Shown piece by piece: positions 13,819 to 30,219 of a DNA stretch of 64,000 nt. The notes under the pieces are model-generated. The model ran no database searches and was not told the DNA's origin. It worked only from the letters and a program-made list of their open reading frames with translations. A program made the translations under genes and the position numbers. Source of the DNA: the human T2T-CHM13v2.0 reference genome, Homo sapiens. Location of the stretch: NCBI RefSeq assembly GCF_009914755.1, contig NC_060925.1; one strand, written 5' to 3'. Numbering within the stretch: the stretch's first letter is position 1; each line of letters starts with the position of its first letter.

Positions 13819-14029
13819 CGAGCTTCTTGATTCTGAAAATCTATGCCTTTCAACAAATTTGGGAAAATTTTGGCCATTATTTCTTCAAATTGTTATTCTG
13901 CCATATTCTCATTGTCTTCTTCTGGGACTTCAATTATATGGATATTTGACCTCATGTTTTTGTTTTTTTAAAAAAATAAATCACCAAGGCTTGTTCATGT
14001 TTTTCAAACTCTTTTTTTTTCCAGATAGA

Positions 14030-14095
14030 TCAGTATTTATCGGTGCCAGCACTATTGACATTTTGGGCCAGTCATTATTTGTTGCATGTGGGAAC
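14030..14095. mobile_element. MER20 terminal fragment
   Basis: cagcactattgacattttgggccag matches the start of the MER20 copy at 21862. Confidence 0.6.
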
Positions 14096-14131
14096 TCACT
14101 TGAGCACATTTACTTTAGATCCTTTAAAATC

Positions 14132-14454
14132 TTTTTTTTCTTTTCTTTTTTTTTTTTTTTTTTTTTTTTTTTGAGATGGAGTCTCACTCTGTCGCCAGGC
14201 TGGAGTAGTGCAGTGACATGATCTTGGCTCACTGCAACCTCCGCCTCCTGGGTTCAAGCGATTCTTTTGCCTCAGCCTCCCCAGTAACTGAGACTACAGA
14301 CCTGCGCCACCACGCCCAGCTAATTTTTGTATTTTTAGTAGAGACGAGGCTTCACCATTTTGGCCAGGATGGTCTCAATCTCTTGACCTCGTGATCCGCC
14401 TGCCTTGGCCTCCCAAAGTGCTGGGATTACAGGCGTGAGCCACCGCACCTGGCC
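14132..14454 (-). mobile_element. Alu (AluSc/Sg-like)
   Basis: Full length; TSD taaaatcttt at 14125-14134 and 14455-14464. Confidence 0.96.
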
Positions 14455-14515
14455 TAAAATCTTTGTCTTCCAATTTCAACATCGTTTTAAAATACAAATC
14501 ATTATTATTCAAGTA

Positions 14516-15021
14516 TGGTGTGACTAACAGATCGGGAGATGATTGCTTTTGAAAAGAAAGCTTGTTACAATTCCAAGAGGAAGGGGTACTGCCTGCTACG
14601 GGGGCACATGGGAGAGCACCAGGAGTGGTCAGAGGCGGAGGGAGCAAGGAGAAGTATGGATCAGAGCCTTTGCTGTGGTTTCTGTGAGAAGGGCAAGGCC
14701 AGGCCAGGCAACTTAGACAGGCATAAGACTGGCTAGTTCAAACAATTTTGGTGGGCTCTGAGCGAAGGGGCTGTCTCTTGCTGCCTGGTACCTGGCCCTG
14801 GGGCAAGTAGGGCAGGGGAACAGTGGTATGAGTGAGAGCTCACCAAGGGAGGCGGGTGTGGCGTGGGCTTCAGAATGGTTGGTTTGCACATGAAAGGGGC
14901 ATTCCTTGGCAAGGCATTTGCTATCTGCAGGAATTGTCTAACCCTGGGAAGTGCGGTCCTTTCTAGAGTTAGCAAAGCCCCAAGACGTCAAAACATCAGA
15001 ATAAACAGACATCTTCATACA
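14516..15021 (-). mobile_element. ERVL solo LTR (MER54/MER74-type)
   Basis: TG...CA ends; minus strand ggggctttgctaactctagaaagg ... caattcctgcagatagcaaatg ... catgtgcaaaccaacc is typical of this LTR group. Confidence 0.7.
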
Positions 15022-15748
15022 AAAATTTGTGTCATCTCAGAGTCCATTGATTGATTGCCTTTTCTCTTGAGTATGAGTTGCATTTTTCTGCTCATATATC
15101 TTGTAATTTGGGACTGGATTCTGGACCTTGTGAATGATACGTTGCAGAGACTTGGGATTCTGTTACGCTATTCAGAATAATATTGAGTTTTTGTTTTAGC
15201 AGATACTTCGCTGAGTTCAAACTATAAACTCTGTCTTGTCTCTGCTGCAGCAGAAATCTCTGTCCAGGTGTTTAGGCCTTAGGTGGGCTGCTTACAGTCT
15301 ATTCCATGCAAACATAATTCAGAGATCAGCCGGAGATTGAGGCAGTTTATGCACAGACTTTGGTGTTCTCCCTCTGTGGCTCTTTCCTTTTAGGGAGTTC
15401 CCCTTTCATTTTCTAGCTGCTGTGGTTAACCCAAGCTCTCCTCTGATTCTACAAAAAGTAAGACTTCAGTTTTCTATCTGAGTATTAGCTGCTCTGTGAC
15501 ACTGACTGGGGCCTGCCTCAGGCAAAAAGCTATTAAAAAAAAAAAGAAAGAAAGAAAGAAAGAAAAAAAGTCACAAACCCTCAGAAACTTACCCAGTCTT
15601 ATTCCCTTCTTTCTACTGTCCAAATCCCACCCATTTCTGCCTGCCTTTGGTCTCTCTCTATTGTCCTCTGATTAAAAAATATATATATTTTAAATGTTGG
15701 AAGGTTGGTCCAACAAGAGCTACTTCTCCATGATTGAAAGTGGAATTC

Positions 15749-16810
<1,062 letters not shown>

Positions 16811-16873
16811 TCCTTTCATTTATTACAAATTTTTTTTCCATCTCTTTATCTTTTTTTTGATGCATTCTGGTAA

Positions 16874-17175
<302 letters not shown>

Positions 17176-17756
17176 CTGAGCGCTTTCTTCTAGGAATAAG
17201 ATAGAATAAGTCTGCACCTCCAGCAGGCTTCTTCCCCTCATTTGAGTCCAGAGGGAGCCCTGGAGCTCTGCGTGCTCTCCGCACATGCCATGCCACTCCC
17301 TCTGCGTCACATGTCCCTCTGCCACCAAGATCTGCTTTTATCCCTGTGCTCCTCAGTCACCAGAGGGAGCCCAGACTCCCAAGCCTGTCCCCAGGGAGAC
17401 CTGCCCTCAAGGTTTCTTTGAGAATCCACTCCCCATGCACTTTGCCTTCTCCATAGCACCGTCTGGTGCACCTTGCGTTTCGTCTCTCTTGCCAAACGTA
17501 AGAGCCACGGAGGCAGCACTTTTTGTCTCTTTTGTCCTGTAACATATCCCTGGCATCTTGCTGTGGCGTCTGACATGCGGTGGATGCTCAATAAATATTT
17601 GCAAAATTAATCAATAATTATACTGTAGTTTTATTTTACCTATCATGTTTCTTTTCATAAAGCTACCTTTTATTGGACATCTATGTTCAAAAGCAGTGTT
17701 AGGATCTTTACATTTATGACATTATTTAAATATTCATTTATTCATTTCTTTCTACC

Positions 17757-17915
17757 TTTTTTGTATTGTAAAATACACATAACATAAAATTTACCATTTT
17801 AAACTTTTTTTAGTGCACAGTTCAATGGCATTAAGTACATTCTCACTTTTGTGCAGCCATCATAGTCTCCAGAAGTTTTTCATTTTCCCAAACTGAAACT
17901 CTGTGCCCACAAAAC
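17757..17915 (-). mobile_element. L1MB-type 3' end fragment
   Basis: gtaaaatacacataacataaaatttaccattttaa ... ggcattaagtacattc. Confidence 0.8.
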
Positions 17916-18090
17916 AAAGCAATTATGTTTCTATAGCCAGCATTTCCAGTGGCTTCTTCCTATGACTGCCTCTTCCCACTCTGTGTTCCCAGTGTCTTCC
18001 CTGATCTCTTTGAGGATATCTGCTTATTTTGAATTCTTGTTCTGGTTTGCCTCTTAATTCTGCTTCCTGATATAAACATAGGGTTTGTCT

Positions 18091-18523
<433 letters not shown>

Positions 18524-19989
18524 GGGTCTTTTTTCTTAGAGCGGTTGTACTCCTTGGATGTTTGGTTATTTTTCCCTGTGAGCCATAGCTGCCTTGGAGG
18601 GTCATACAGGTCTAGGCCAGGGGCAGGGCCTGCACCCTCACTTGTGCTCTTTCTGGTGAGTTCTAGAGAATTGGGGGTGGGGAGTGAGGAGAATACGTTG
18701 GTGATAAAATCTGGTCTTGATCATTCCCTGATTTCAGTCTGCTTTTTCCTCCCTGTAGTGCCCTGGCCAACCTGACCCTGACAGGTTCTTTTCTGAGAGC
18801 TGCCAGCCTCTATTGCAAGTCCCCCAACCAAGGGGTGGAGAAAGAGAATCGAGTGTTCAGGGGCCACCCTGCTGCCAGGTTCCACTGTGATAGACTGTCT
18901 GCGTTGTCTGGGCCCTGGTACCAGCTGGTGCTGGGTGAGGGGCTGGTGCTTCTGCTCTTCTGTGGTCCTCGCTCTAGGGACAGGATGGGAGATGTGTGTC
19001 CAGGGCAAGATGGAGTGGGGAGCTGGGCCACCGAAAGCTGGCTTCCTTGCAGCCTGCTCACCCTGGAGCTGGCGCCTCTTTCACTTCCCGGTCCTGCAGC
19101 CCCCTGCGTGGGGAGGACCCACTCATGCTTGTCTTCCCCAGGAACTTCTCACCATTTCTACCCAAGACTTTCCTCTTGTTTGGGGGCATCTCTAAAATAT
19201 GGGGAACCAGCCCCTGCGTCAGCCACTGTCTTGCTAGCTACCTTTGTCTTTTGAAGGCCACAGGGCAGGGGAGTAGGTTTAAAATGGCTCTGCTTAGGAT
19301 GGGAAGTTGAAGAGGCAGGACAGGAGCGAGGTGGGGAGCATGTCTTATGGAGCGGGGCCTGGAAAACAAGCAGTGGAACAGTCTGGCTGTCTCCCCACAG
19401 CCTGTGGAGCAGGTCAGCTTATGGGGCTCCTATCCTGAGAGGGAGCAGGTGCCTTGGCCCGTGGAAGTCCAAGGTTCTGCATGATGTGGCCTCTCTTGGC
19501 TCTGACTTTGGGTGCTTCTGACTTGTTTACCACATATGTTTCCTTTCAGGTTCATTCTTCCACATTCCCACCCTTACCTGTTGACCTCCCCCAATTCCTG
19601 CTCATCTTTTTGTCTAATGAGCTTCTGGTGACTTCTAATGGGCACCTTATGTTTTAAAGTGGTCAGATTTGTTTCAGAGAGAGAGACTTTGTGGGAAGCC
19701 ACAGACATGTTTTTATAGAATCCCAGTGTCTTTGAGCAGAAAGGGGCTTTAGAGGTGACAGGTCCCATTGCTCTCAGATTATCTTATATTTGACTCACTA
19801 ATTACTCATTTAAGAAACCCAGTTCCCACACCGATAGGAAAAACCCTACCCTTTCTTTCAGTTGTCACTTACATATTTATAATTGTCGTTATATTTTTAA
19901 TTTCTTTAGTTTTAAGGCCATGAGTATCGGAGTAATGGTGATGGGAGAAAATTTGCTGGGGAGTTCTTAATCATCGTGAAAATCCCATG

Positions 19990-20180
19990 TTTTCAAAGCA
20001 CTTCTCACCACTTCAAAACCACCAACTCTCTAAACTCCATTTTCAGAGCACTTCTCACCATTTCATAATCACCAACTCTATAAACTCCAGGAGGATAGGA
20101 GTTTGTCTTTGTGTTCACTGCTGTCTCTCCAGGTCCCAGGACAATGCTCTCTACGTATTTGTCAAGTGAACAAATGACAC
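19990..20180 (+). mobile_element. L2 3' fragment containing a 50-bp tandem duplication (19990-20039 / 20040-20089)
   Basis: taaactccaggaggataggagtttgtctttgtgttcactgctgtctctccag is L2 3'-like; the duplication is seen directly. Confidence 0.75.
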
Positions 20181-20189
20181 CGTTAGTAA

Positions 20190-21760
<1,571 letters not shown>

Positions 21761-21861
21761 TGTAATGGCCAGCATTTCAGCACAGAAGACAGCGCAAAGA
21801 AGCCATGAGGACTCCTTGAAGGAACATGGTAAAGAGCATGGTAAATTGCTGTGCTCGGACT

Positions 21862-22070
21862 CAGGGTTTCTGAACCTTGGCACTATTCACATTCTGGTCT
21901 GGGCAATTCTTTATTTTAAGACTTGTCCTGTGCATTGCAGGGTGTTTAGCTGCATGCCTGGCCTGTGCGCACCAGATGCCAGGAGCACCCCTTGCTCAGT
22001 TGTGACAACAAGAAATGTTTCTAGGCATTGCCAATCTGGGGGCAAAATTGCCCCTGGTTGCAAACCACTG
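21862..22070. mobile_element. MER20 (hAT-Charlie MITE), near full length
   Basis: cagggtttctgaaccttggcactatt ... gttgtgacaac ... aaattgcccctggttgcaaaccactg. Confidence 0.92.
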
Positions 22071-23609
22071 GTCTAACTAAAGGAGAAGGGGCCAGAAATA
22101 TTTAGAACAGTGATACCTGCCCCACCACCACTACCGCAGTTTCTGGGTGTGCCTTCAGAATAACATAGATTTGTTATATCCGAATTGCATTTTGCAGAGG
22201 TTAGTATGGAAATGGATTTGTATGCTTTGATTCTGCTCTGTCAATGTAGAGTAATGTGGCCCAGAATCATGTTTGGTGGCAGCAGGGGTGCCAGGCAGGG
22301 AATGATCCCTGTAGCATAGATGGCTATGTTAGTAGATGGTCCACGTGAGAACACGTGGAATTCGACACGTCGGCTTAGGGAGGTGCTGATGGAATCCCAG
22401 CACTTACCAGTACATGCCTAGAGCGAGGGAGCTCCTGGACTTTATTATTATGGTCTGGAGCAGCAAAACTAAATGAAAGATAATCTCTCCTGGGTGTCTG
22501 GTTTTAAGGAATCACTCATGCAGGTAGGTTGGTGATCATGGGAGGCCACAGAGGTACTTTGTTCAGAAGTTATTGTTTCCATTAGAAAGAGTAATGATTT
22601 TCATATACCAGCAAGAAAAAACCCATGTTATCATAGGCCAGGGATGAGAATAACAGGAAATCTCCAAGTTTACGGAAGTATCTGGTTTATGCCCTAGGAG
22701 GTAATAGGAGTTGTGAGAGGTGGGTCAAGGCCTGCCAACACATGTCAGACAAGAGATTATTCATCATTGTTATTTTTGTTTTGAAAATTAACTCCCCGAA
22801 AGGGTCAGGTTGTGCTGTGCCTCTCGAAGGTGTAATTCCACTTTAAACTGTAAGCTGTTCTGAGATGATTTCAGCACAAGAACGCGTTTGGTTATGGAAC
22901 ATGATTTCCCCAGCTTTCCTTGAAATAAAAAATTGCCCAACATGCTTAGGAAATGGGAATTATGGTGGACACAATATTATTTTCTAGGTGGATCACCTTA
23001 TAAACGAAAGTTCCGTCATCCAGTTAATGGTGAAAAATTGTCTATTTGAAGAGAGAATAATTGCCAAGGAGCAGGGAGGCCAGTGTTATTGTTTTTTCTT
23101 TTCTTTTTTTTCCCTCAAAAACAGGGCTTTGATATCCATTGCATTTCAATTGCATTTAGACTTTTGCATGAGGCAGCTAGGATCCCAGCCAAAGAACCTG
23201 GGTCTGGAACCTGAAAGTGGGTTATGAAGAGGAGGCAGCTGCTCTGGGTTGGCTTCTGGAAGGTTGAGCTGGGGCTTGGCCAATCAGCTGGGCAGAGCTC
23301 AGGTAGTCCCATTTTATTGCTAGAATGTTCTCATAATCCCACGGAGCCTTCAGAACTATGTGTTCTGCTTGCTTTTTTTCTTTCTAATTTCAAGTCTGTT
23401 TGTTGTGAAATAAAGCATATATACAAAAAAGTCTACTAAATGGAAATATGCCGATCCATGAATGAAAGTATGAAAACCACTTAATTCAAGATTATATCAT
23501 GCCAGCACCTCAGAAGATCCCCTTCATCCTTATCCCCCATCCTCCTCAAAGACAACCACTATCCTGATTTCCAACATTATACTTTTTCAATTTTTTCAAT
23601 GTTTCCTAT

Positions 23610-23927
<318 letters not shown>

Positions 23928-26900
23928 TCAAAGTTTTTTAGTTTGAAAAAGTTGTAAACCTACAGAGAAGCTGCAAGATGATTACAATGCCACCTGTCTA
24001 CCCTTCACCTAGGTGGACCAACTGTGACTATTTGCCACATCTACTTGATCTCACCTGGGAAATTCTTAGCCACCCACCTTGGAAGCTGGCTTTTGGGCCA
24101 TCAAGTGACACTCTGGCCGGTTTTCCAGACAGGCACTCCATTTGCTAAAATCCAGCTGGTTCTGAGTGGCCATGCAAAGACTCCTGGTAAAATGAGGAGG
24201 GCTACATCCCTTTGGAACCTCCCAGGAGTCCAGGTTCAGTTCTTTGGGAAAAATAGTTTATCAATCCATCTGTGAATTCATGTATTAATTTCTCCCCCTG
24301 CCTTTCCCTCCCTTCCTTCTGCCTTCTTTTTCTTCTTGCTTTTCCCTTTCAAGAAATACTTTCTGATCACTGTGGGCCTCTGTGGCAGGTGCTGAGGATG
24401 TGCTCGTGGGTGAGATGGGCCTGTCTTTGCCTTCACCATCTATCTTCTGGGTATGGGGGAAAGCTTGATTAATATCTAGGCAATGACAAAAAGTGGTACA
24501 CAAGGAAGTATGGGATACAAAGGGAATACATAGGTATTTCCTACGTACGTAGGTATTCCCTCCAGTCTAGGATGGCTTGGGAAGGCTTCCTCGAGGGAGG
24601 GACCCCAGTCCAGAAGGACACAAAGAAGAGAAAAGGGGAAAAGTTGTTTCTGGCTAGAGCTACTTTGAGTCCTGTGTACTTGAGTACCAAATGGATGCGG
24701 CACTGAAACACATACAGCCATTTGCAGAATCCAAGTGGCTCAACAGGGTCTGGAGGGGTGGCCCCTCAGTGGAGGGATTGCTGCCCCAGATCTGGCTGTA
24801 CGGAGTTGGTGTGGGATAGACCAGGGCAGGGTCTGTTGGCGGATTTTGGTGTTGGAAGAACAGAGAGGACAGGGAAGGTAGCATTGGGTGTGGAGCATTT
24901 GGAAGGATGGAGAAGCAGGGTGGGGTCTGTGCCAGTCACGGTGTCTCTGGGCTTAGCTAGATGTGGAGGAAAATGGGAAGGGCTTCGTAGACCTGCCCAT
25001 AGTATTTGGGTTTGGAAATTTTCCAGATTTAATTCTAGTCTTTCCCTGGGCAATGGGATATCTTCAGATTCTCCCAACTCTATCCTTAAAATCCTGGATG
25101 GTAAGATCTGGTAGGCAGAGAGATTTTTAAGAATAGAGTTTACTTTTCCCCATTAAAAACTAATATATGCTTATTACGGAAAATTTATAAAGTACATAAA
25201 AGCAGAAAGAAGAAAATAAGAGGTGGTATTTTACTGGATTGTGGATTAGTCCTAGAAATTCTATGGAATGGTGGGTGGCCAGATTTATTCCATTCATTGT
25301 TTATTTGATGGGAAAAAAACCCAAGCAGCCCAACCCTGTACTGTTTTCAGAATCACCCCAAGACCTGGGTTCAGAATATTAGCTTGTTAATTATCAGGAA
25401 AATGATAGAGCTGAGAAGAAATTCACCCATCTCTAAGGCCAGCTGGAGAACCCAGCTGAGGTGGGCTGAGATGGAAATGACCTTCTCCAAAGCACTGAGC
25501 CCCATGAATCATCCCTGGGGCACCTATTAGCTGTGAGCTCCATTCATCCTTCCCGGAGGACTGTCCCCACCTGACCGGTCACAGCTCACCCCAACCCAGA
25601 GCCTCTGAGGGCTGGAGCCTCTCTCCATCTGAGCCCTAAGCTTCCTTTTCCCCTTGTTCCCACACTAACATTCTATGATTTCCCCCTTAACCTCTTCATG
25701 ACATCAACCAGTGGAGACCTTGTATGATTTCTAGAGTTCTTTTTTTCCCGGTTGGAGGACTTACTTATTTACTCTGGTTGACATTCTGCTTTCTTTCAGG
25801 AAGGATTTGTGAGAGCCTAGCACAAAATTCACTTTCTTAACAAGAATGTCAGATGGTAGTAAAAAAAAAAAAAAACAATAAGAATTTTTGGATACGGTAT
25901 TAATAATGTTACGGAATGGGCTTTCAGTTTGGCCACAGGTGTCCTGGTAGTCAGGGCCAAGGGGATGGATGATGGCTCGTGGTTGTTTGGTGGGCACCAT
26001 GCTACCTCTGAGAAGAGAGGTGCTCTGCTGCTGGCTGCGGCAAGGAACTGATCACATAGGATCTCACGTGGGGAGCATCGACCAGGAGAGGGGTCCACAT
26101 TGTCACAGCAGCTTGGAGCGTGGAAGCACACATATAATCATCACTTAACTAAAGCTGAGGCCAGATAGAGGAGACTTGGAAGTGAGGGACCCGAAAATGG
26201 GAACCCTTGCTAAGGACACAGGCAGCTGTACGCCAGAGCCTGTGGGCCACCCCGAGGAAGTGACCCCTATGAGCCAGCCTTGTGGGGCAACAGAATGTCA
26301 CACCCAGGTCCTTCCCTCGCCTCGAGAACCCCAAGCGAATTCCCACTTCCCACAGGAAGTAGTTCAGACCCTTGGGATACCTGGCGTGGTCCTCCTGACC
26401 GGGGCTCAGTTTACCTCCTGCTTCAGCCCTTACTCGCCTCCTCCAATCCCAAACTCCTCCCATCCTCAGGTGACCTGGTGCTTGACCCAGACTGCCGAGG
26501 GGTGGCCGGGCCCTGTCAGTGCTGCGGAGGTGAGCTCCTTCTGAAAGGACCCCCTGTGGGGCTCCCGGGGCGTCGCTTCTGCCTCTTCCAGTGCTTTCCG
26601 ACCCTGTGCTTTTCTACCGACTTCTGGGCCGGGTCATCCACTCCTCCAGAAGAGAGGCCAGGGAGCATTCCATCAGCCCCACCTCTCCAGAGGCCCGGCA
26701 CACAGTGGGCACTCAATGGTTGTAAACTGTATCCACCTACAAAGCCCCTAGAGCTTGTGAGACCCGGGAAACAGCGTTCCATACAATTGAGTGACAGAGC
26801 CCTGCGTGGAAAGGGAGGCCTGTGTTGGTGCCCTGTCCTCATCCAGTGGGAGGGGAGGAGAGACCTGGAAGGAAGATGGGAGTCCCACCCCAGCCTGCGT

Positions 26901-29369
26901 GTTTCTCTGGGAAACAGGTTTCAAGTGCAGGGAGGTGGTGGAGGGCTGACTTCATGGCCAGCACTGTCCTGGGCACCGTGGGTCGTGGAAGGGAGGTGGA
27001 GCTCGGTTTTCCGTCTGGGCCTCAGGTGGACTCAGAGGAGGTTCTTAGAGAACCATACAGGGCATATCAGGTAAGCACGGGTACACAATGCAGAGAAACA
27101 GTGCTTGCTGCAATTAGAGAAAGCAGAGAAATAGGAGCTGGAGTGGTCACTAAAGGCACGAATGGCCTTGACGGTGGAGTGGGGAGAGGCAGACACATTG
27201 CCGGCACAAAGAGCATGCTGGATGACAGGTTTCGTGGCTTGTTTGTTGCTTTAATTGATGTGGACAGGGGATTCCAGGTAGGAGAATCCAGGCAGGCTAG
27301 GAAGGAGCTTGGCTCTGTGTGGGGCATGAGAAGACGTGCTGGTCTTAGCGGAAGGTCCCCAGAGGAGGGGAGGCTCAGGGGCCGGCAAGGTGGCTGAGCC
27401 TCGAGCACCCTCCACAGAGCACCGTGCCAGGGGCCTGGGGCGCATGTTGTAACCTGGCTGTCTACACCAGATGAGTAGAACTTTCACAGGTTAGTGGCTT
27501 CATCTTGATTGTTTAAATTTCATAAGGCGTTGGGACCCCTTACGAGTAGCTCTGAAAGGGAATGGATTGCTAATAAATGCAAACTGTAAAATATTCATTT
27601 GAGATGATTATTTTATATTATTGCATAAGTGCAAAATGAATGAACTTTCTGCTTACTTATGGTGGAATCCACAACCATCTGAGCTATTTAGTGAATGAAA
27701 TATTTAACCTAATTTCTATGCCTTAAGTGACCTAAGGATAAATGTTATGGTTTAATGTTTTAGTGTTAGAGAAGGAACTAAGGGAAATAAACAGACTTCG
27801 AGGCCTCCTGCTGGCTTCCGATGGGGAAGGAGCATCTCCTGGGCCAGGAGTCCTTGGGAGCCTCCAGCATCTTCCCGCCCCTCACGGAGGGTCAGCGGCC
27901 ATGCCCAGCCATGCTGCCAGGACCTGGGGAGAGCAGTACCCTCAGCCCTCACTCTCAGGAGCTCAGGGCTGGGGAGGGGACAGCAGGGGCCTTGGCCATG
28001 TCCCTTCCCTTTCTGGGCCCCGTTTACTCCTCAGAACAAGGCAGGCTTGGACCAGGAACTCCTGGGGCTGTCAGCTCCAATGTGGCAGAGTTGTGAGTGC
28101 TGGAGGCTGCTGGGAGGTTTCTGGGGGGCTAGGACTAGGATGGCTGCCAGGACTTGAGGGTGGAGGCAGGGACAGAGATTCCCCAGAGGCGGCATCGTGG
28201 GTGGGAAGGCAGGAAACCCGGGTCTGTGTCCTCCTGGGGCAGTGTGGTTCCAGGACCCAGGTCCAGCTCAGTGGCCAAGGAAAGCCCTTGCCTGCCTGAG
28301 CCTCTCTGTGCTGCAGTGTCCCTGTCCGGCCCCCTCTTCACTTTTGCATCTGATGCATCTGCACTGCCAGGGCTGCCAGGCCTGTTTTGCTGCCAGGTGC
28401 CCTGTGTTGCCGTAGCCCTTGAAGAAGGACCACCGCAGCCTCAGAAAGGGGCAAGCATCACACTGCGGCATCACGGACACCTGCAGCTCCAGGAAGCTCG
28501 GGGGCGAGTGTGAGCCCTGCTGCTTCTGTCCCCCAGAGCCCCGGTCCGGGCTGCACTCCCAACCTTGCCTCCCAGCTTGACGTGCACTGCTGATGAGTTG
28601 GTCTGTGCAGAGCCTCTAAGGCAGCTTGGACATGGGGAGCTGTGGGTTTGGTCCTGCTTTGTGCCCAGGGCTCTGGGTTCAGGTAGCCAGTGCTGAGCCC
28701 TCTGTCACTGCAGCATGGGGCTGCTTTCCCTGCGGTCCTCGTGCTTGGGCTCTAGCTTGGTCCAAAAGGCTTTCCTCAGGGAGCTCCCCATTTGAGCTCT
28801 GGGCCTTGGCAGGGATTGGAGCACCATCCCTTGGAGGTGTTGGCGCTGTCCAGGTGCCGGCCAGTGTGGAAGGAGCTGGCTGCTGAGGATTTACCAGCCC
28901 CTTTTGGTTACCAGGCTCAGGCACTTGCCAGGGGTTGGTTGGTTTGTTTCTTCTGGATTTGGATTTGTCCCCAGGACAGACGTCCTTGGGTCTTACCAGG
29001 AACCATGGCCTGCAGGACACTGCTGCGAGGAGGGCTTCCTGGAGCTTGGGGAAGCTTCAGTCCAGAGAAGACAGAGGACTTGACTGAGCTCATGGTCAGG
29101 GAGTGTCAGAACGAGGACCAGGACCCCAGGGCCGGCTCCTGGGCCGCCCCCTCACTCGGCGTCCAGTGCTCAGGCCTCTGGGCTCTCTCTGGCCCTTGCT
29201 TGGTTGAGCTCAGCTGTGCTCAGTGACTTTGGGCCACGGGCTGTGGCGTCACATCCTCCAGAGCCTTCTCTGGTCACTCCCAGGTCATGTCAGTCCTGAG
29301 GATGCCAGGAGACGCTTTCTGAACACAGTCTGCGTCCTTCCTTATTTTTTGTTATCTTGGCTGTTTGAC

Positions 29370-29545
29370 AAATAGACTTTGGAGGTGGAAAGACCTGAGT
29401 TCAAATCTCGGACCCACTACTGACCAGCTGGGTGACGTTTCATTATCCATAACATAGAGAAGATACTGAGAGTCCATGAGACACCACACAGAAGGCTCAT
29501 AGCATGGGGCCTGGCACCGAATAGGTGCTGTTTACGTGATAGCTT
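29370..29545 (+). mobile_element. MIR fragment
   Basis: agacctgagttcaaatctcggacccactactgaccagctgggtgac. Confidence 0.65.
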
Positions 29546-30058
29546 GTATGGTTGGCTCTCCACACCCACCCTCACTGCCACCCCCAGCCCCAGCCTTCCT
29601 TTGTGCCCGTTTCTGAGTAGTAAGATTTCTTACTAACAGTTTCTTGTACTCAGCTTCCCCATCACCTTCCTTCCATTTCAGCAGAACCCTCTGGAGTGGA
29701 GCAAGCGATGGGAAATGCTCTTATCAGGCACCTGGGACCTAAGCAGGTGCCCTAACCAGCAGCAGCTGAGCACTGAGCCCTGGGAACACCTGTGCCCAGG
29801 TGCAGGTGCTGGTGAGGGTGGCTGCCGCTGTCCAGCCCTGATCTCTGGGGCAAATGAATGTTCCAACCCCAAACATCCCCACAGCGGTCCCGACAGACGC
29901 CTACTGGTTTGGCAAGCACTGTCGTGCGTGGGAGCTCTGCTTACTGGCTTCTGTCTTGGCATGGTCTCTGCAGAAGGAAGCCACCGCAGACTTGGTGGCT
30001 GGTCTTCGCATTGGGTTGAAGGGTGATTCAGTGTTCCAGTTTGGATTGTAACTGCTTT

Positions 30059-30201
30059 ATTTTTTAATTGTTTTTTTGAGACAGAGTCTCGCTCTTTTCG
30101 CCGAGACTGGAGGGCAATGCTGTGATCTCGGCTCACTGCAACCTCTGCCTCTTGGGTTCAAATGATGCTGGGATTACATGCATGAGCTACTGTGCCCTGC
30201 C
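30059..30201 (-). mobile_element. Internally deleted Alu with intact TSD
   Basis: Alu 3' end and 5' start are joined at gggttcaaatgat|gctgggattaca; TSD 30042-30058 / 30202-30218. Confidence 0.9.
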
Positions 30202-30219
30202 TGGATTGTAGCTACTTTA

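Noticed and set aside
13280-14221. ORFs of 92-155 aa
   Set aside because: Read-through of L1 ORF1 remnants and antisense Alus; typical repeat-derived pseudo-ORFs.
26149-28513. Dense overlapping ORFs up to 264 aa
   Set aside because: GC-rich DNA with open frames on both strands, mostly non-ATG starts, no recognisable domain and no consistent exon structure.
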